A stretch of 63,734 nt of DNA, the filler included, from Thraustochytrium aureum (lineage: Eukaryota), in NCBI GenBank assembly GCA_012862495.1. It is 5 parts of 4 records of this genome, joined end to end, with 100 filler letters (N's around TTAATTAATTAA, not from the genome) between each part and the next. Parts side by side here need not be neighbours in the genome. Positions count along the whole stretch, not along the records: positions 18,648 to 49,401 come from BLSG01000451.1; 4 more parts are not named here. The stretch is one strand, 5' to 3'. A program made the translations under genes and the position numbers. The notes under the pieces were generated by a model. It did no database searches. It was given only the letters and a program-made list of their open reading frames with translations, and was not told where the DNA came from. The stretch's first letter is position 1. Each line of letters begins with the position of its first letter. Positions 24,801 to 35,718 of the stretch are shown in pieces.

Positions 24801-27800
24801 TCGGCGCGCCGCGCTCTGCAGGCCGATACAGGGGCGGGCGAGTACTGCCTTGGAGACGGTCTCAGCACGGACGTGGCCGGCGAGGACGTGCGATATGCGC
24901 TCAGCACCTTTGGGGTTGAGGCGCTTCGATGCCGCTGGGCCCCGGCGCGCTGCCCTTTGTAACCAGCNNNNNNNNNNNNNNNNNNNNNNNNNNNNNNNNN
25001 NNNNNNNNNNNNNNNNNNNNNNNNNNNNNNNNNNNNNNNNNNNNNNNNNNNNNNNNNNNNNNNNNNNNNNNNNNNNNNNNNNNNNNNNNNNNNNNNNNNN
25101 NNNNNNNNNNNNNNNNTCTCACGCTCAACAGCACCCAGGACGGCAAGGCCGTGCGCGACGTAGTGGGCGAACCCGTCTCCCTCGAGAACCCGGAGCACGT
25201 CGCCAAGGTGTGCTCGGCAGTGGGTTTTGGGGGCGAGATCTCCGCGTCCGAGGCCAACTGCGCCCGCGCCAAGGTCGAGCTGCAGCTTGCAGGCCGCTCG
25301 GCGGTCGCGCTTAGCAAGGCGCCTGTCCGCAACTACGAGTGCTGGGGCGACGCTGCTCTCGTAGACGAGCCCATCATGTGCGAGCTCTTTGAAGCAAAGG
25401 GCGGCAGCACGCTCCAGCGGCCCGTGTTCTCGGGGACCACCATCTCTTGCGTGGCCCCAGGCTGGATGCCGCACAAGCCAAACCAGGGCAACTTTACGCG
25501 GATCCAGATGCACGTCTGCCTCGACGACAACTCGACGCGCACCGTCAAAGAGGACACGTTTGCGCCGACCGCGGGCCGGCTCTGCCTAAACATGGTCGCA
25601 GACAGCGCTGTTTGCATCGGCCAGCCCGTGGAAGCCGCCTTGGTCGGCCCAACGCTCTCGTCGTTTGTGGCCTTTGCCGACTCTCTCAACGCCTCGTTCG
25701 CGGAGCATGCGTCGTGCGTGGATGAAAGCAACAACGGGAGCCGCGAGATCGCCAACACGTTTTCCGGAAGGGCCGACGCGCTCAAATGCCGCGTAATCGA
25801 GTCTTTCGTTCCGCCTTCTGCAGCAAACCTCCAGGTGGAGCTGCGCGTCGCGTTCGCGCTGGAGCTTCTCGAGCGCTTGGGCCCCGACTCGCCTCTGGAC
25901 CAGCTGAAAGAGGCGCAGACCCTCGTCGTGTCGATGCTCCCTGCTGGCGACCAGACGTGCGTCGACCCCGTTGTTGCGCTGACAAAGTGCTCGGGCGAAG
26001 GAGCGGGCACGGAGGTTGGGCTCGCTGGCCTTGTGCCAGCCGCCGCCGTCGACCAGTCAAACGTGGCCGTGACGGCGTCCCAAGTCAGGTGTGTCTTCAC
26101 CAACGCGACGTCCGGACGCCGCGTGGAGGTTGCCAGCCAGGTAGTTTCGACGGACGGAAGCACCGACTTTGCGCTCAAGTGCGCCGACAGCGGCTCATTC
26201 TCGCACTACCGCGTGCAGTTCGGCGAGTTTGCTGTTGAGCTGATGGACGGCGTAGTGGAGCTGGACAACAGTACGTGCTCGCTAACTGGAGTGGCGCCAC
26301 CCGCGCCAGGCCCGCGAGGCCCAGAGATCCCCGAGGAGAACAAGGACAGCAATCTGGGCATGATCCTGGGCATTGTTTTCGCCGGTCTGCTCCTTGTCCT
26401 CCTCCTCTTGTTCTTCGTGATGCGCAAGCGCCAGGACCAGGATGAGGAAGAGGAAGAAGTCGACCCCGAGGCCGGGCTCGTTAAGGGCAAGACGCTTGAC
26501 GCGCAAGACGAGGACCCCGCTGAGCCGCTCTTGCACAACTTTGGCGTTGGTGACCGCGTCGAGGCGAATGGCGATTTCATCCCTGAAGCCACAGGAGGGC
26601 AGCGCGCGTGGTTCAAGGGCACCATCACGGGAGACAACAAGGATGGCACGTTTTCCGTCGAGATCGACCAGCTCGCGGCGCTGGGCGACGAGCGGCCTGT
26701 GCAGGTTGTCGCCGCGCGCGACCTCCGACCCCCCGAATCAGACTTTCGCGTCGGCGACATCGTTGAGGCGCGGTACGGCTCCGGGTCGTCCTGGTTCACT
26801 GCTCTGGTGGAGGCGGTAAACCCGAACAACACGTACAACCTGACGTACGAGGACGAAGGGCTCTCCGAGGAGAGTGGCGTTCTGGGCGACGTGATTCGCG
26901 CTCCGGTGATGATCTTCCAGGCGGGCAACCTCGTTGAGGCCCCAGTTCCTGGATCAACCCGCTACGCGAGGGCGACGGTCCGCAGCCTCGACATTACCGC
27001 CGAGACGTACGAGCTCGAGTTTGACGCCGGCGCGGTGGCCGCGCCGCCGACGGAGGAGGGCAGTGTCCCCGCTCCCGAGGCGGTTGTGGCTCCCGCGGTG
27101 CCGGCTAGCCAAGTGCGCGCGTTCGTGCCGAAGGTCGGCGAGGTGTTCGACGTGCAGGACGGCACAAACCCGGCCAAGTTTGCGCGTGCCACGGTAACCT
27201 CGGTGCAGCTGGAGGACCAGACTTGCGGCGTCGAGTACAGCACCGAGCTCTCGCCGCCGCTTGCCGAAGGTGAAAGCGCGCGCCCCTCCCAGGTGCCCTG
27301 GGCGGCCTCTTCCGGCCGACGTTTCACGTCGGCCAGGTGGTGGAGGCCAAGCCGGCGAGCGCGGACAAGGCTGGCTCTGCTGTGCCCGTGGCCGGCTCTT
27401 TTGGACCTTCGTCGCAGGCCAGCAAACTCTGGCTCCCTGCCAAGATCACGGCGGTGGAGGCGTCGGGGCCGACTCTGCAGCTTTACACCGTCGAGTTTGA
27501 GGACCAGACGCACGGCCAAGAGTCGAGCGTGCCAGTGGAGCGCATCCGACCGGCCAACATGTACGATCGCAGCAAAGACGCGCGCTTTGAAGTGGGCGAC
27601 TTTGTCAAGGTGCAGGTTGACATGGACAGTGCCGGGGGCTCGGCTCTTGCTGAGCCGACCTGGTGCAAGGCCAAGATCGCGGCGGCCAACGAGGACGGCT
27701 CGTACGATGTTGTCTACGAGCGCGGCCAAAAGTCTGGCGAGACCGAGCAATATGTGCCCGTTTCGCGAATCAGGCCCCTGGCAGACTTTGCGGACGAGGA

Positions 27801-28263
27801 GGACGTCGAGCTGGAAGCGCAAGAGATCCCAGATGTGTTTCGCCCACCGCCCCGCGACCACCCTCAGGCGAGCGAAGACGACGGCCTGCAGGTCCCGTAC
27901 CACCTTCGCTTCCGCAAGCGCAAGCCGCTCGAGTTCCGCGAGTTGCCAAACAACAGGTTTGAGGTCACGCTGGACATGAGTGAGGGACTCGGCCTGAGTC
28001 TCGGGTGGACCAACGACAACCGCGTGATCGTGGCCGGCTTTCGGGACCTCCCGAACGGCGACTGGGGCCCCGTGGAGGCGTGCGGGCTTGTCGGGCTCAA
28101 GGACCAGCTCCTTGAGGTCAACAAGCACAGCATCGGGAACAAGTCGTTCGTGGAGGTGTCCGAGTTGATCAAGAACAGCGGCAAAACGATCCAGCTGCAG
28201 TTTGGCCGCTGGACGGACGAGGAGGCCGTCAACCTCGGCATGCCGCCCAACGCGGCAGCTTAG
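21838..28263 (+). CDS. Type I membrane receptor: signal peptide, vWA (MIDAS), about 10 Cys-stabilised Ig/IPT-like repeats, TM helix, 6 Tudor/Agenet-like repeats, C-terminal PDZ (frameshifts near 24505, 24945, 27310; gap 24968-25116)
   Basis: MKLLGAGRAALALVAAVLAVVS signal; FDFYFVIDQSGSI...GYT...VLYVTDG MIDAS; repeated C-x-G-[ED]...G...C-x-F...C units; TM LGMILGIVFAGLLLVLLLLFFVM followed by RKR; F-x-VG[DN]-x-VEA...W...Y.V.[YF]E...V...[IL]RP repeats; PDZ EGLGLSL...GLVGLKDQLLEVN...SFVEVSELIK. Confidence 0.85.
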
Positions 28264-28369
28264 GGATGATGGCGGAACGAATCGGGGCGCGCAGGCGCCG
28301 CCCCGAGGGTGCGAGAATAGGTAGAAGCTGAAATATCGAATGCAATCAACTATGTAAGGAGAGCCCAGC

Positions 28370-28466
28370 CGGTCCCGCCTTGCCCGGGGATTCCGGTGAG
28401 TGGCTTGCGGTCCCGCCTCGCCCGGGGATTCCGGTGAGTGGCTTGCTGGTCCCGCCTGGTGGGACC
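28370..28466 (+). repeat. 38-bp tandem repeat (2 full copies plus partial) ending in a hairpin
   Basis: GGTCCCGCCT(T/C)GCCCGGGGATTCCGGTGAGTGGCTTGC twice, then TGGTCCCGCC-T-GGTGGGACCA. Confidence 0.85.
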
Positions 28467-28496
28467 AACCAAGTAAGAACAGAGCACGCTAATTTC

Positions 28497-28689
28497 GATT
28501 GATTGATCTGCTCGTCCCGCGCAGGGATGTCTGTCTCGTCACAGCTGCAGAGTCTTCTCCATCAAAACACATCAACCACTGCACTGCACTGCTCATCTCG
28601 ATTGATTGATCTGCTCCGTCCCGCGAGCAGGCTGCAGACACTTCTCACTCAAAAGACACACCAACCTCTGCACTGCACTGCACTGCTCT
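28497..28689 (+). repeat. Imperfect ~100-bp tandem duplication
   Basis: CGATTGATTGATCTGCTC...GTCCCGCG...CTGCAGA..CTTCTC..TCAAAA.ACAC..CAACC..CTGCACTGCACTGCTC occurs twice in tandem. Confidence 0.8.
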
Positions 28690-28780
28690 TGGAGTACATC
28701 AAGTGTAAAAAGGGGCAGCGATAGCATTCGGTTTCTAAAGACAATGCGCCAAAGCCGCTATGGCGTGCGCGTGAGCGCAA

Positions 28781-29544
28781 TCATCGGGCGTTGCAAAAGA
28801 GGCCCTGGAAAAGCGCATTGCTCTTGGCATTGCTTTCGGAGATCGCCGTGACCGTCATGGTGTTGGGCAAACCCTCCTTCTTGAGGTATTCGTCAGCGAT
28901 GTGCATAGACTGCGAGCGCTCCTGCTTGGTAGAGCCCGCGCCAATCCAGATCCAGATTCCCACGTTGGAGTGCACGAGGAAGACGTCGTTGCTGTCCAAT
29001 TTCCAGATCGGCACCTTGCCCTCCGCCTCGAGCGAGAAGGCCAACGCGCCCGTCTCGTCCGAAATGCGAAAGAGGCGCACGCTGGTCGCATCGAGGCGCT
29101 GGTTAGGGCCCGTCTCGACCTCGTAAGGGTTGCTGTCGCTCCGGACGTCCGTCTCGCTGCCGACGATCTTCCAAAATTCCTCGTCAGCGTCGGCCTTGAC
29201 AGCTTTTCCGTTGCGCGAGTTGACGATGTTGTGCTGGAGCAGACCGCTCTTGTTCTTTTCGAAAAAGTTGCTCTTCGAGCCGATCCAGCGGTACACAACG
29301 AGGCCCGTGTCGAGGATGAAGCAGTCGCCGTGGTTCATGTACTTGGAGGAGCACGGGATCTGGTAGCTCTTGGTGACGCGGCTGACATGGCGCACCATGA
29401 GCAGGCGCGGCTCGTACTCTGTGGGGCGCACGCGGCGGAACCCGCTTTCGATGCCGCCGGACATGTAGTTGAGCTCCTTAAAGTAGCTCAGGAACAGCTT
29501 GCTCTCGTGGTACTGCGTCTCGCGGTGTTGGACCGCGGCGTCGT
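28781..29544 (-). CDS. Severin/fragmin/gelsolin-family actin-severing protein (N-terminus in gap 29545-30511)
   Basis: VQHRETQYHESKLFLSYF..GGIESGF (end of G1); RLLMVR...MNHGDCFILDTG..VYRWIGSKSNFFEK (G2); RLFRISDETG...LDSNDVFLV...IWIWIGAGSTKQER (G3). Confidence 0.93.
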
Positions 29545-31114
29545 NNNNNNNNNNNNNNNNNNNNNNNNNNNNNNNNNNNNNNNNNNNNNNNNNNNNNNNN
29601 NNNNNNNNNNNNNNNNNNNNNNNNNNNNNNNNNNNNNNNNNNNNNNNNNNNNNNNNNNNNNNNNNNNNNNNNNNNNNNNNNNNNNNNNNNNNNNNNNNNN
29701 NNNNNNNNNNNNNNNNNNNNNNNNNNNNNNNNNNNNNNNNNNNNNNNNNNNNNNNNNNNNNNNNNNNNNNNNNNNNNNNNNNNNNNNNNNNNNNNNNNNN
29801 NNNNNNNNNNNNNNNNNNNNNNNNNNNNNNNNNNNNNNNNNNNNNNNNNNNNNNNNNNNNNNNNNNNNNNNNNNNNNNNNNNNNNNNNNNNNNNNNNNNN
29901 NNNNNNNNNNNNNNNNNNNNNNNNNNNNNNNNNNNNNNNNNNNNNNNNNNNNNNNNNNNNNNNNNNNNNNNNNNNNNNNNNNNNNNNNNNNNNNNNNNNN
30001 NNNNNNNNNNNNNNNNNNNNNNNNNNNNNNNNNNNNNNNNNNNNNNNNNNNNNNNNNNNNNNNNNNNNNNNNNNNNNNNNNNNNNNNNNNNNNNNNNNNN
30101 NNNNNNNNNNNNNNNNNNNNNNNNNNNNNNNNNNNNNNNNNNNNNNNNNNNNNNNNNNNNNNNNNNNNNNNNNNNNNNNNNNNNNNNNNNNNNNNNNNNN
30201 NNNNNNNNNNNNNNNNNNNNNNNNNNNNNNNNNNNNNNNNNNNNNNNNNNNNNNNNNNNNNNNNNNNNNNNNNNNNNNNNNNNNNNNNNNNNNNNNNNNN
30301 NNNNNNNNNNNNNNNNNNNNNNNNNNNNNNNNNNNNNNNNNNNNNNNNNNNNNNNNNNNNNNNNNNNNNNNNNNNNNNNNNNNNNNNNNNNNNNNNNNNN
30401 NNNNNNNNNNNNNNNNNNNNNNNNNNNNNNNNNNNNNNNNNNNNNNNNNNNNNNNNNNNNNNNNNNNNNNNNNNNNNNNNNNNNNNNNNNNNNNNNNNNN
30501 NNNNNNNNNNNCAAGTTCGGCTCGGAGGCGGTTGCCGGGTTGCCGCTCCCTCTCGCTGCCTCCCAGGCTGCTGGCGGACCACGTTGACGAGATGGCGTGC
30601 ATGCGTTCGTTGCAGATGCAGGGCAACGCGGGAGGCGAGCCGGTGTCCTCGGCAGGATTGCATGGATTTGCGCATGAACATCGTTCATCGGCAGCAAGAA
30701 AGAGAAGTTGAACAGGAAAAAAGGAAGAAAAGACAAATGAAAGAGTGAAAGAAAGAAAGACAAATGAGTGAAAGATGCGTGCACACCACGTCCATGCACT
30801 GAACACACGATCCCTTCTCCTCTTTGTACTGACATCCAATAGTCTATTTATCAAAATCCAATAGTCAATACTGTGGCTGTTTTTGGCTGGCAACGCGCTC
30901 GTTGGGCTTCGAGCGACCTCGTCAGCGCTCCAGCTCAGATCACCACTCTGCCTGCCGGCCAGCCAGCCAGCCAGCCAGCCTGCCGGCCAGCCAGCCTGTT
31001 GATTGACGCACTGTGCAAGCGAGGCTGGTGCGCGGAGCGGGGCAAACACACAGCCACGGCCTTCTCCAGAGCGACCCCTTGCCAAGTGCTGTTGACGCAA
31101 GGGGGCGGGCGACG

Positions 31115-31723
31115 ATGCGGACCGCTGCAGACGAGTGCAAGTTCACAAGCGCGCTGGCACAGAGCCTCCCTGGGGGTCTGCGCTCCAACAGCGACCGGGG
31201 CAGCAAGCGCGACCGCCCGCAAGTGCGGCGCCGAGGCGTAGCGCAAAACCCGCAAACCCGCGCCCCTGCCGCTTCCGAACCGGGCAAGCCTCCCGCGAGC
31301 AAGCGAGCAAAGCAGCCGCGCGGGTGTAGAGCCGGCGCTGGCCGCAAGCGCGCAAGGCCTGACGCACCGCGAGTGGGAGGAGCCGCCGCGCCGAGGTCGA
31401 AGGTGCAGGCGTTTATCGCCGTCAAGCCGGGCGCAGGAGACGACAGCGGCCTTGTCGTCGGGTTCAGAGCTGTTCTTCGGAGCCTGGAGCGCGGCTCGCT
31501 CAAGCGCGTCGTGCTGTGCGGATTGGGTGTCCCTGCGGCCCTTGCGGGGCTCGTTCAGGCCGCGTGCATAAATTGTGGCGTCGATTGCGTTCAACTGGGC
31601 GAGACGCGTCCAAACCAGCTTGGAGCGTGCCTCGGGATTCCGTCGGCTTGCGTGCTTGGCTTTCGCGACTCGGTGCGCAGCGAGTACTTGGCAGCCGTCT
31701 CATGGATAGAGCCGCAGGTTTGA
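31115..31723 (+). CDS. L7Ae/L30e-fold RNA-binding protein, possibly RNase P/MRP subunit Rpp38/Pop3-like
   Basis: Basic low-complexity N-terminus, then LVVGFRAVLRSLERG.LKRVVLC...LVQAAC...V..VQL.....LGACLGIPSACVLGF, matching the L7Ae fold pattern. Confidence 0.65.
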   Translation: MRTAADECKFTSALAQSLPGGLRSNSDRGSKRDRPQVRRRGVAQNPQTRAPAASEPGKPPASKRAKQPRGCRAGAGRKRARPDAPRVGGAAAPRSKVQAFIAVKPGAGDDSGLVVGFRAVLRSLERGSLKRVVLCGLGVPAALAGLVQAACINCGVDCVQLGETRPNQLGACLGIPSACVLGFRDSVRSEYLAAVSWIEPQV

Positions 31724-32470
31724 CTTGACGCGTGAGTCTTCTGTGTTCGCCGATATTTGTAAAATAAAGGACTTGATTTTGCTTGATCAAGAAACAACTT
31801 TGGCAGTGCAGTGCGTGATCGGTGATCTTGAAAATAGGGCGCGAGGCGGAGGGTGCGCTCGTCCGCAGACGAAGAAGATGAGGTCGAGGATGCTTGAAGC
31901 CCGCTCGCTGCTGAACAGCCGTCGAGTTGCCCGACCTCAATATCCCGGCCCGAACTTGTCTCGCTCGAGCTGGACAGGACATCTGCTAGCTCTAGCTAGA
32001 GAAAGGGCACCCCCAACCTTTGGCCAACCTTTGGCCAAGAACCGCGCCGGATGTTGTCGCGCGGACTCGGAGCCCGTGAAGTTTCTGCAAGAGAGAGCAG
32101 CGTCCTCAACTTCAATGCACGACCACGCGCTTGCCGCGACCTGGCGCGGCGCAAAACCCAACGAGAGCCAAAGCGCCACCAGGCCAATGGCCCTGTCAAG
32201 CACCCCCGCGCGCTGATGCGCCGCGTGGCTCTTCCGCTCTTGTACCAAAACGGCCGGTACCCGTCGGGAGTTCGGGCAGATACCTACCTACGCCTCACCA
32301 AGCCCACAGGAACAAACAACAGAAACACACTAAACTACCACAGACGACTTCGGCGAGGGCGTTGACGCGCGCCTCCCCCCCAGTCAGGCCGTCAGGCCCG
32401 CGGGCTCCCAACGCCGCGAGAAGAGCCCGGCCGGGAGTGACGCCACGCGGCGGCGGCGGCGACGCCAGCC

Positions 32471-35374
32471 ATGGCAGCGTCGGACGACTCGCGCGACGGT
32501 GCTGCACCTGCAGCCCACGTGCAAGCGGAATGGCTGTCGTCCTTCGGCGAAGCGTATGCGCGCACGTACAAGAGCTCGTCTGAGAGCAGCAGGAAGAACA
32601 TGAGGTGCTTTCCCCGCTGCGGGCCGACGGTTGGCACGCACTCGAGCCAGGGGTTTTGTGGGGCAACGATAGAGGTGCTCGTCAGCGTAGAACCCGGACT
32701 CCCGCCGAACGCGACGCTGGAGGTGTTTGGCACGATACGCGAGTCCGGCGCCGAGCAGCAGTGGCAGCCTGGCCGGCGCGTCGCGCTGCAGCAGCTCCTG
32801 GACATGACGCGCAGCAAAGAAGAGCCGCTGAGGCCCTGGCTGCGCGCCTTGCTGTCATCTGAGGCTGAAGCCGCGGGGGGCGCCGGCGCAGGCTCTCAAG
32901 AAAACTCTGGCGCGATCGCGGTGTTCAACAGCGAGCTCGCAGGCTGGCACTACGGCTGGCTCTCAAGCAAGAGCACCTGCCACACGCAACATTGCTTCGA
33001 GATGTATGCCTTCTCCAAGGTGGGCGCCGAATGCACGTTCCTCGGCGCCTCCTCGAGCCCAACGTTTCAGGTGTACACACGGCATCGCAAAGGACAAAAG
33101 CAGCTCAGCCGCGACGCGTCCTACGGATCGTCCTCTCACTCAACCGGGGACGATGCAGCGGTCACTGCGCACGCGCCAAACACAAAGGTTGACGAGCCTG
33201 CAACTGCACACGCAAAGAGCAAAAAGCGGGGCGCACCCGGGGCATGCGACGCAACAAACGGCACTGATCACGACCGCACCGCCGCACGGCACATGCGCGA
33301 GTTCGGGATTCCCACCAACCGGACCATGGACAGGCTCGCTCGCTTTGTATTCAGGCACGGCTTCCGCCCGCAGAACTGCGTCGTCGTCCCGTACGCAGAG
33401 CAGAGCGTGGCTCCGTTGCGGCAGTGGGCCGCCCCGGACTTGCTGTCTCGGAAATCGTCATCTGACACCAACGACGCCATTGTTGACGAGATCATCGGCC
33501 TGCTGCACAACGACGATTGCCTGACGTCAACAGTTCNNNNNNNNNNNNNNNNNNNNNNNNNNNNNNNNNNNNNNNNNNNNNNNNNNNNNNNNNNNNNNNN
33601 NNNNNNNNNNNNNNNNNNNNNNNNNNNNNNNNNNNNNNNNTCGGCCTGCTGCACAACGACGATTGCCTGACGTCAACAGTTCATCACCCGGCCGAGCCCC
33701 CGCCTGCTTCCCCAGCCGCCGCCTCGGTGCCTGGTGAAGATGATGGCCGTAGAGACGAGGGGCGTAGCGCGGCCGACAGCCCAAGTGCTGAGGGGTCGGG
33801 GCCCCGCGGCGCTGCTGCCCCCTTGGACGAAAGCTGGGGCGTCCAGAAGGTCGCCGACCTGCTGGCGGCCCACCTGGAGAGCGCCGAGCACGTTCCGGAG
33901 CCGCAGGCGCGCCTGGCAGGCCAAATCTTTGTTGAGAATATCCGGCAGCTCTGCAACGAGCTCTCTCGAAACGTGGTCCAAGGCGGCAGCGGTTTCTTCG
34001 AGATCATAGCGCGTTTCGGTACGTTGGAGGGGATGGTCGGCCTCAAGGACGTGGTGGACCAGGAGAAATGCATCGCCTTTGAGTGGACGCGGGGCCCACG
34101 AGGACGAGGATTTCGTCGTTCTGCCGCCAGAGGAGATTGGGCGGACGGGCGACCCTTGCGCAGAGCGCAGCATCTACGCAGAAGCTCGGCATGGCTTTCG
34201 CATGCTTTTGGCAAGGTGTCTAACCGGTGTTGGGCTCACTGCGCGCGACTTGGAACTTGCCATGGACTTGGCCGCGCGCCACAACCTGATCAGCCTGGAC
34301 GCCTTCTACCCGCCCACCGTCGAGGTCGCGCGAAAGCTGCACTTTCAGATCTACGGCCACGTGAACGACTTTGAAACCAACGACTACGGGAGCAGGCGAG
34401 GCGTCTTCGCGAGCGACGCGCAACAGGCGGCCTATGCCAAAGACATAATCATCGTCCGCCGCAATCTGTTCAGGCGCATCGTGCTGCAGCGCGTCGTGAA
34501 CAACCGCCGGCTCGCCCAGATGGCGCGCTGGCGGGGCGGCCCTGTTGAGGATCCCGCGTACGACATCTCGGGCGAGTGGGAAATCGTCGTGATGCACGAC
34601 ATTGGAAGCGGCGCGGTGACCAACCTGATGTCAAGCGTGTCGGGGTTCGCGTTTGGGTCGTTCTACGCCTTTCTTCACGACGCCTGTTCGACGCGCATCG
34701 TGCTGCAGGTCAACTCGAACTTTATCTGCTATGTAGGCACGCCGGTTCTCCTGGCGCAGCCGATTCTTAGCATCGCCCTCGTGCCGGGCATGGCCTCTGT
34801 GCTGCAGGTCCCGCTCCCGGTCCCCGTGGACGAGCTGGCCGAGCTCGCAGTGGACAGGGTGGGCTACGCCATGTTTAACCGGAGCCAAGATGGGCGCTGC
34901 GGTGTAATGATCACCGTCATAGGGCAAGTCTCGCACCTCTCAACGGCCACCATGATCCAAAATGCGCAGGCCAAGCTGGCTCAGCGCCAAGCGGCCACAG
35001 AGCCTGGCGCTGCCGCAGGCGAAGCAGCGGCCACGGTCAACAAAGGGCCGGTGCTAAATATAGCGCAGTTCTTCGCGAGGCAGCAGATTTTGCCAGGAGA
35101 CGAGGTCGACACGGTGCGCCTCGTCCTCCGCATGTCGCTGCTCCGCCGCGAGGACGGCATGCTCGTGCACTCTGTGTCGCCGTACCTCTTCCCGCGGGCT
35201 CGTGTCGTCCCACGCCTGGGCGACGAGGAGGCCCTTTGCTCAATAATATCTGCAGGCGAGTGTGTCCAGACCGTGCCGACGATCGTCAAGATATTCCGCC
35301 CAGTTGGCGGGCAACGTGGGTCCCAATTTTCTGCTGACCAGACCGCGTCCGACTTTGTCTCGACGCCAGAGTGA
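32471..35374 (+). CDS. Hypothetical protein with an N-terminal Cys/His motif domain (gap 33537-33640; frameshift near 34080)
   Basis: Three consecutive long + ORFs with host-like codon usage. Motifs KNMRCFPRCG...H...GFCG, WHYGW.S.K...HCFEMYAF, SSPTFQV. No family confidently named. Confidence 0.65.
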
Positions 35375-35718
35375 AGCCAAACCTGCTTTCTCCCCGCTCG
35401 CGTGGTATGTTGTAGAGAGGGACACAAACGAAAGGAAGCATCTGCCTGACGCGCCGCGCGCGGTTGTTCTTGCTGCTTGGTAGGCGTTAGCGGCGCTCTG
35501 CGCAGCGGACCCAGTCCAACTCACCTCGCTGCTCCGAGCCGGAGTCCCTCCCATTTCCGCGAGTCCGAGCCCTCGAGTCTCGCAAGGCAAAGTGCGAAGC
35601 GACGCTAGCGCACTTCCACCCGAGACGCCAACCCCTGCGCCCGCTCGGGGCGAGGCGGCCTGCGGCGCCCCCGCAAGCCGCGGTGCAGGCCAGGCCAGCC
35701 ACCGCGGAGGAGCACAAG

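Noticed and set aside
33494..33682. Exact ~42-bp repeat TCGGCCTGCTGCACAACGACGATTGCCTGACGTCAACAGTTC on both sides of a gap
   Set aside because: Identical sequence flanking an N gap is most likely an unmerged contig overlap or collapsed repeat; not interpretable without reads.
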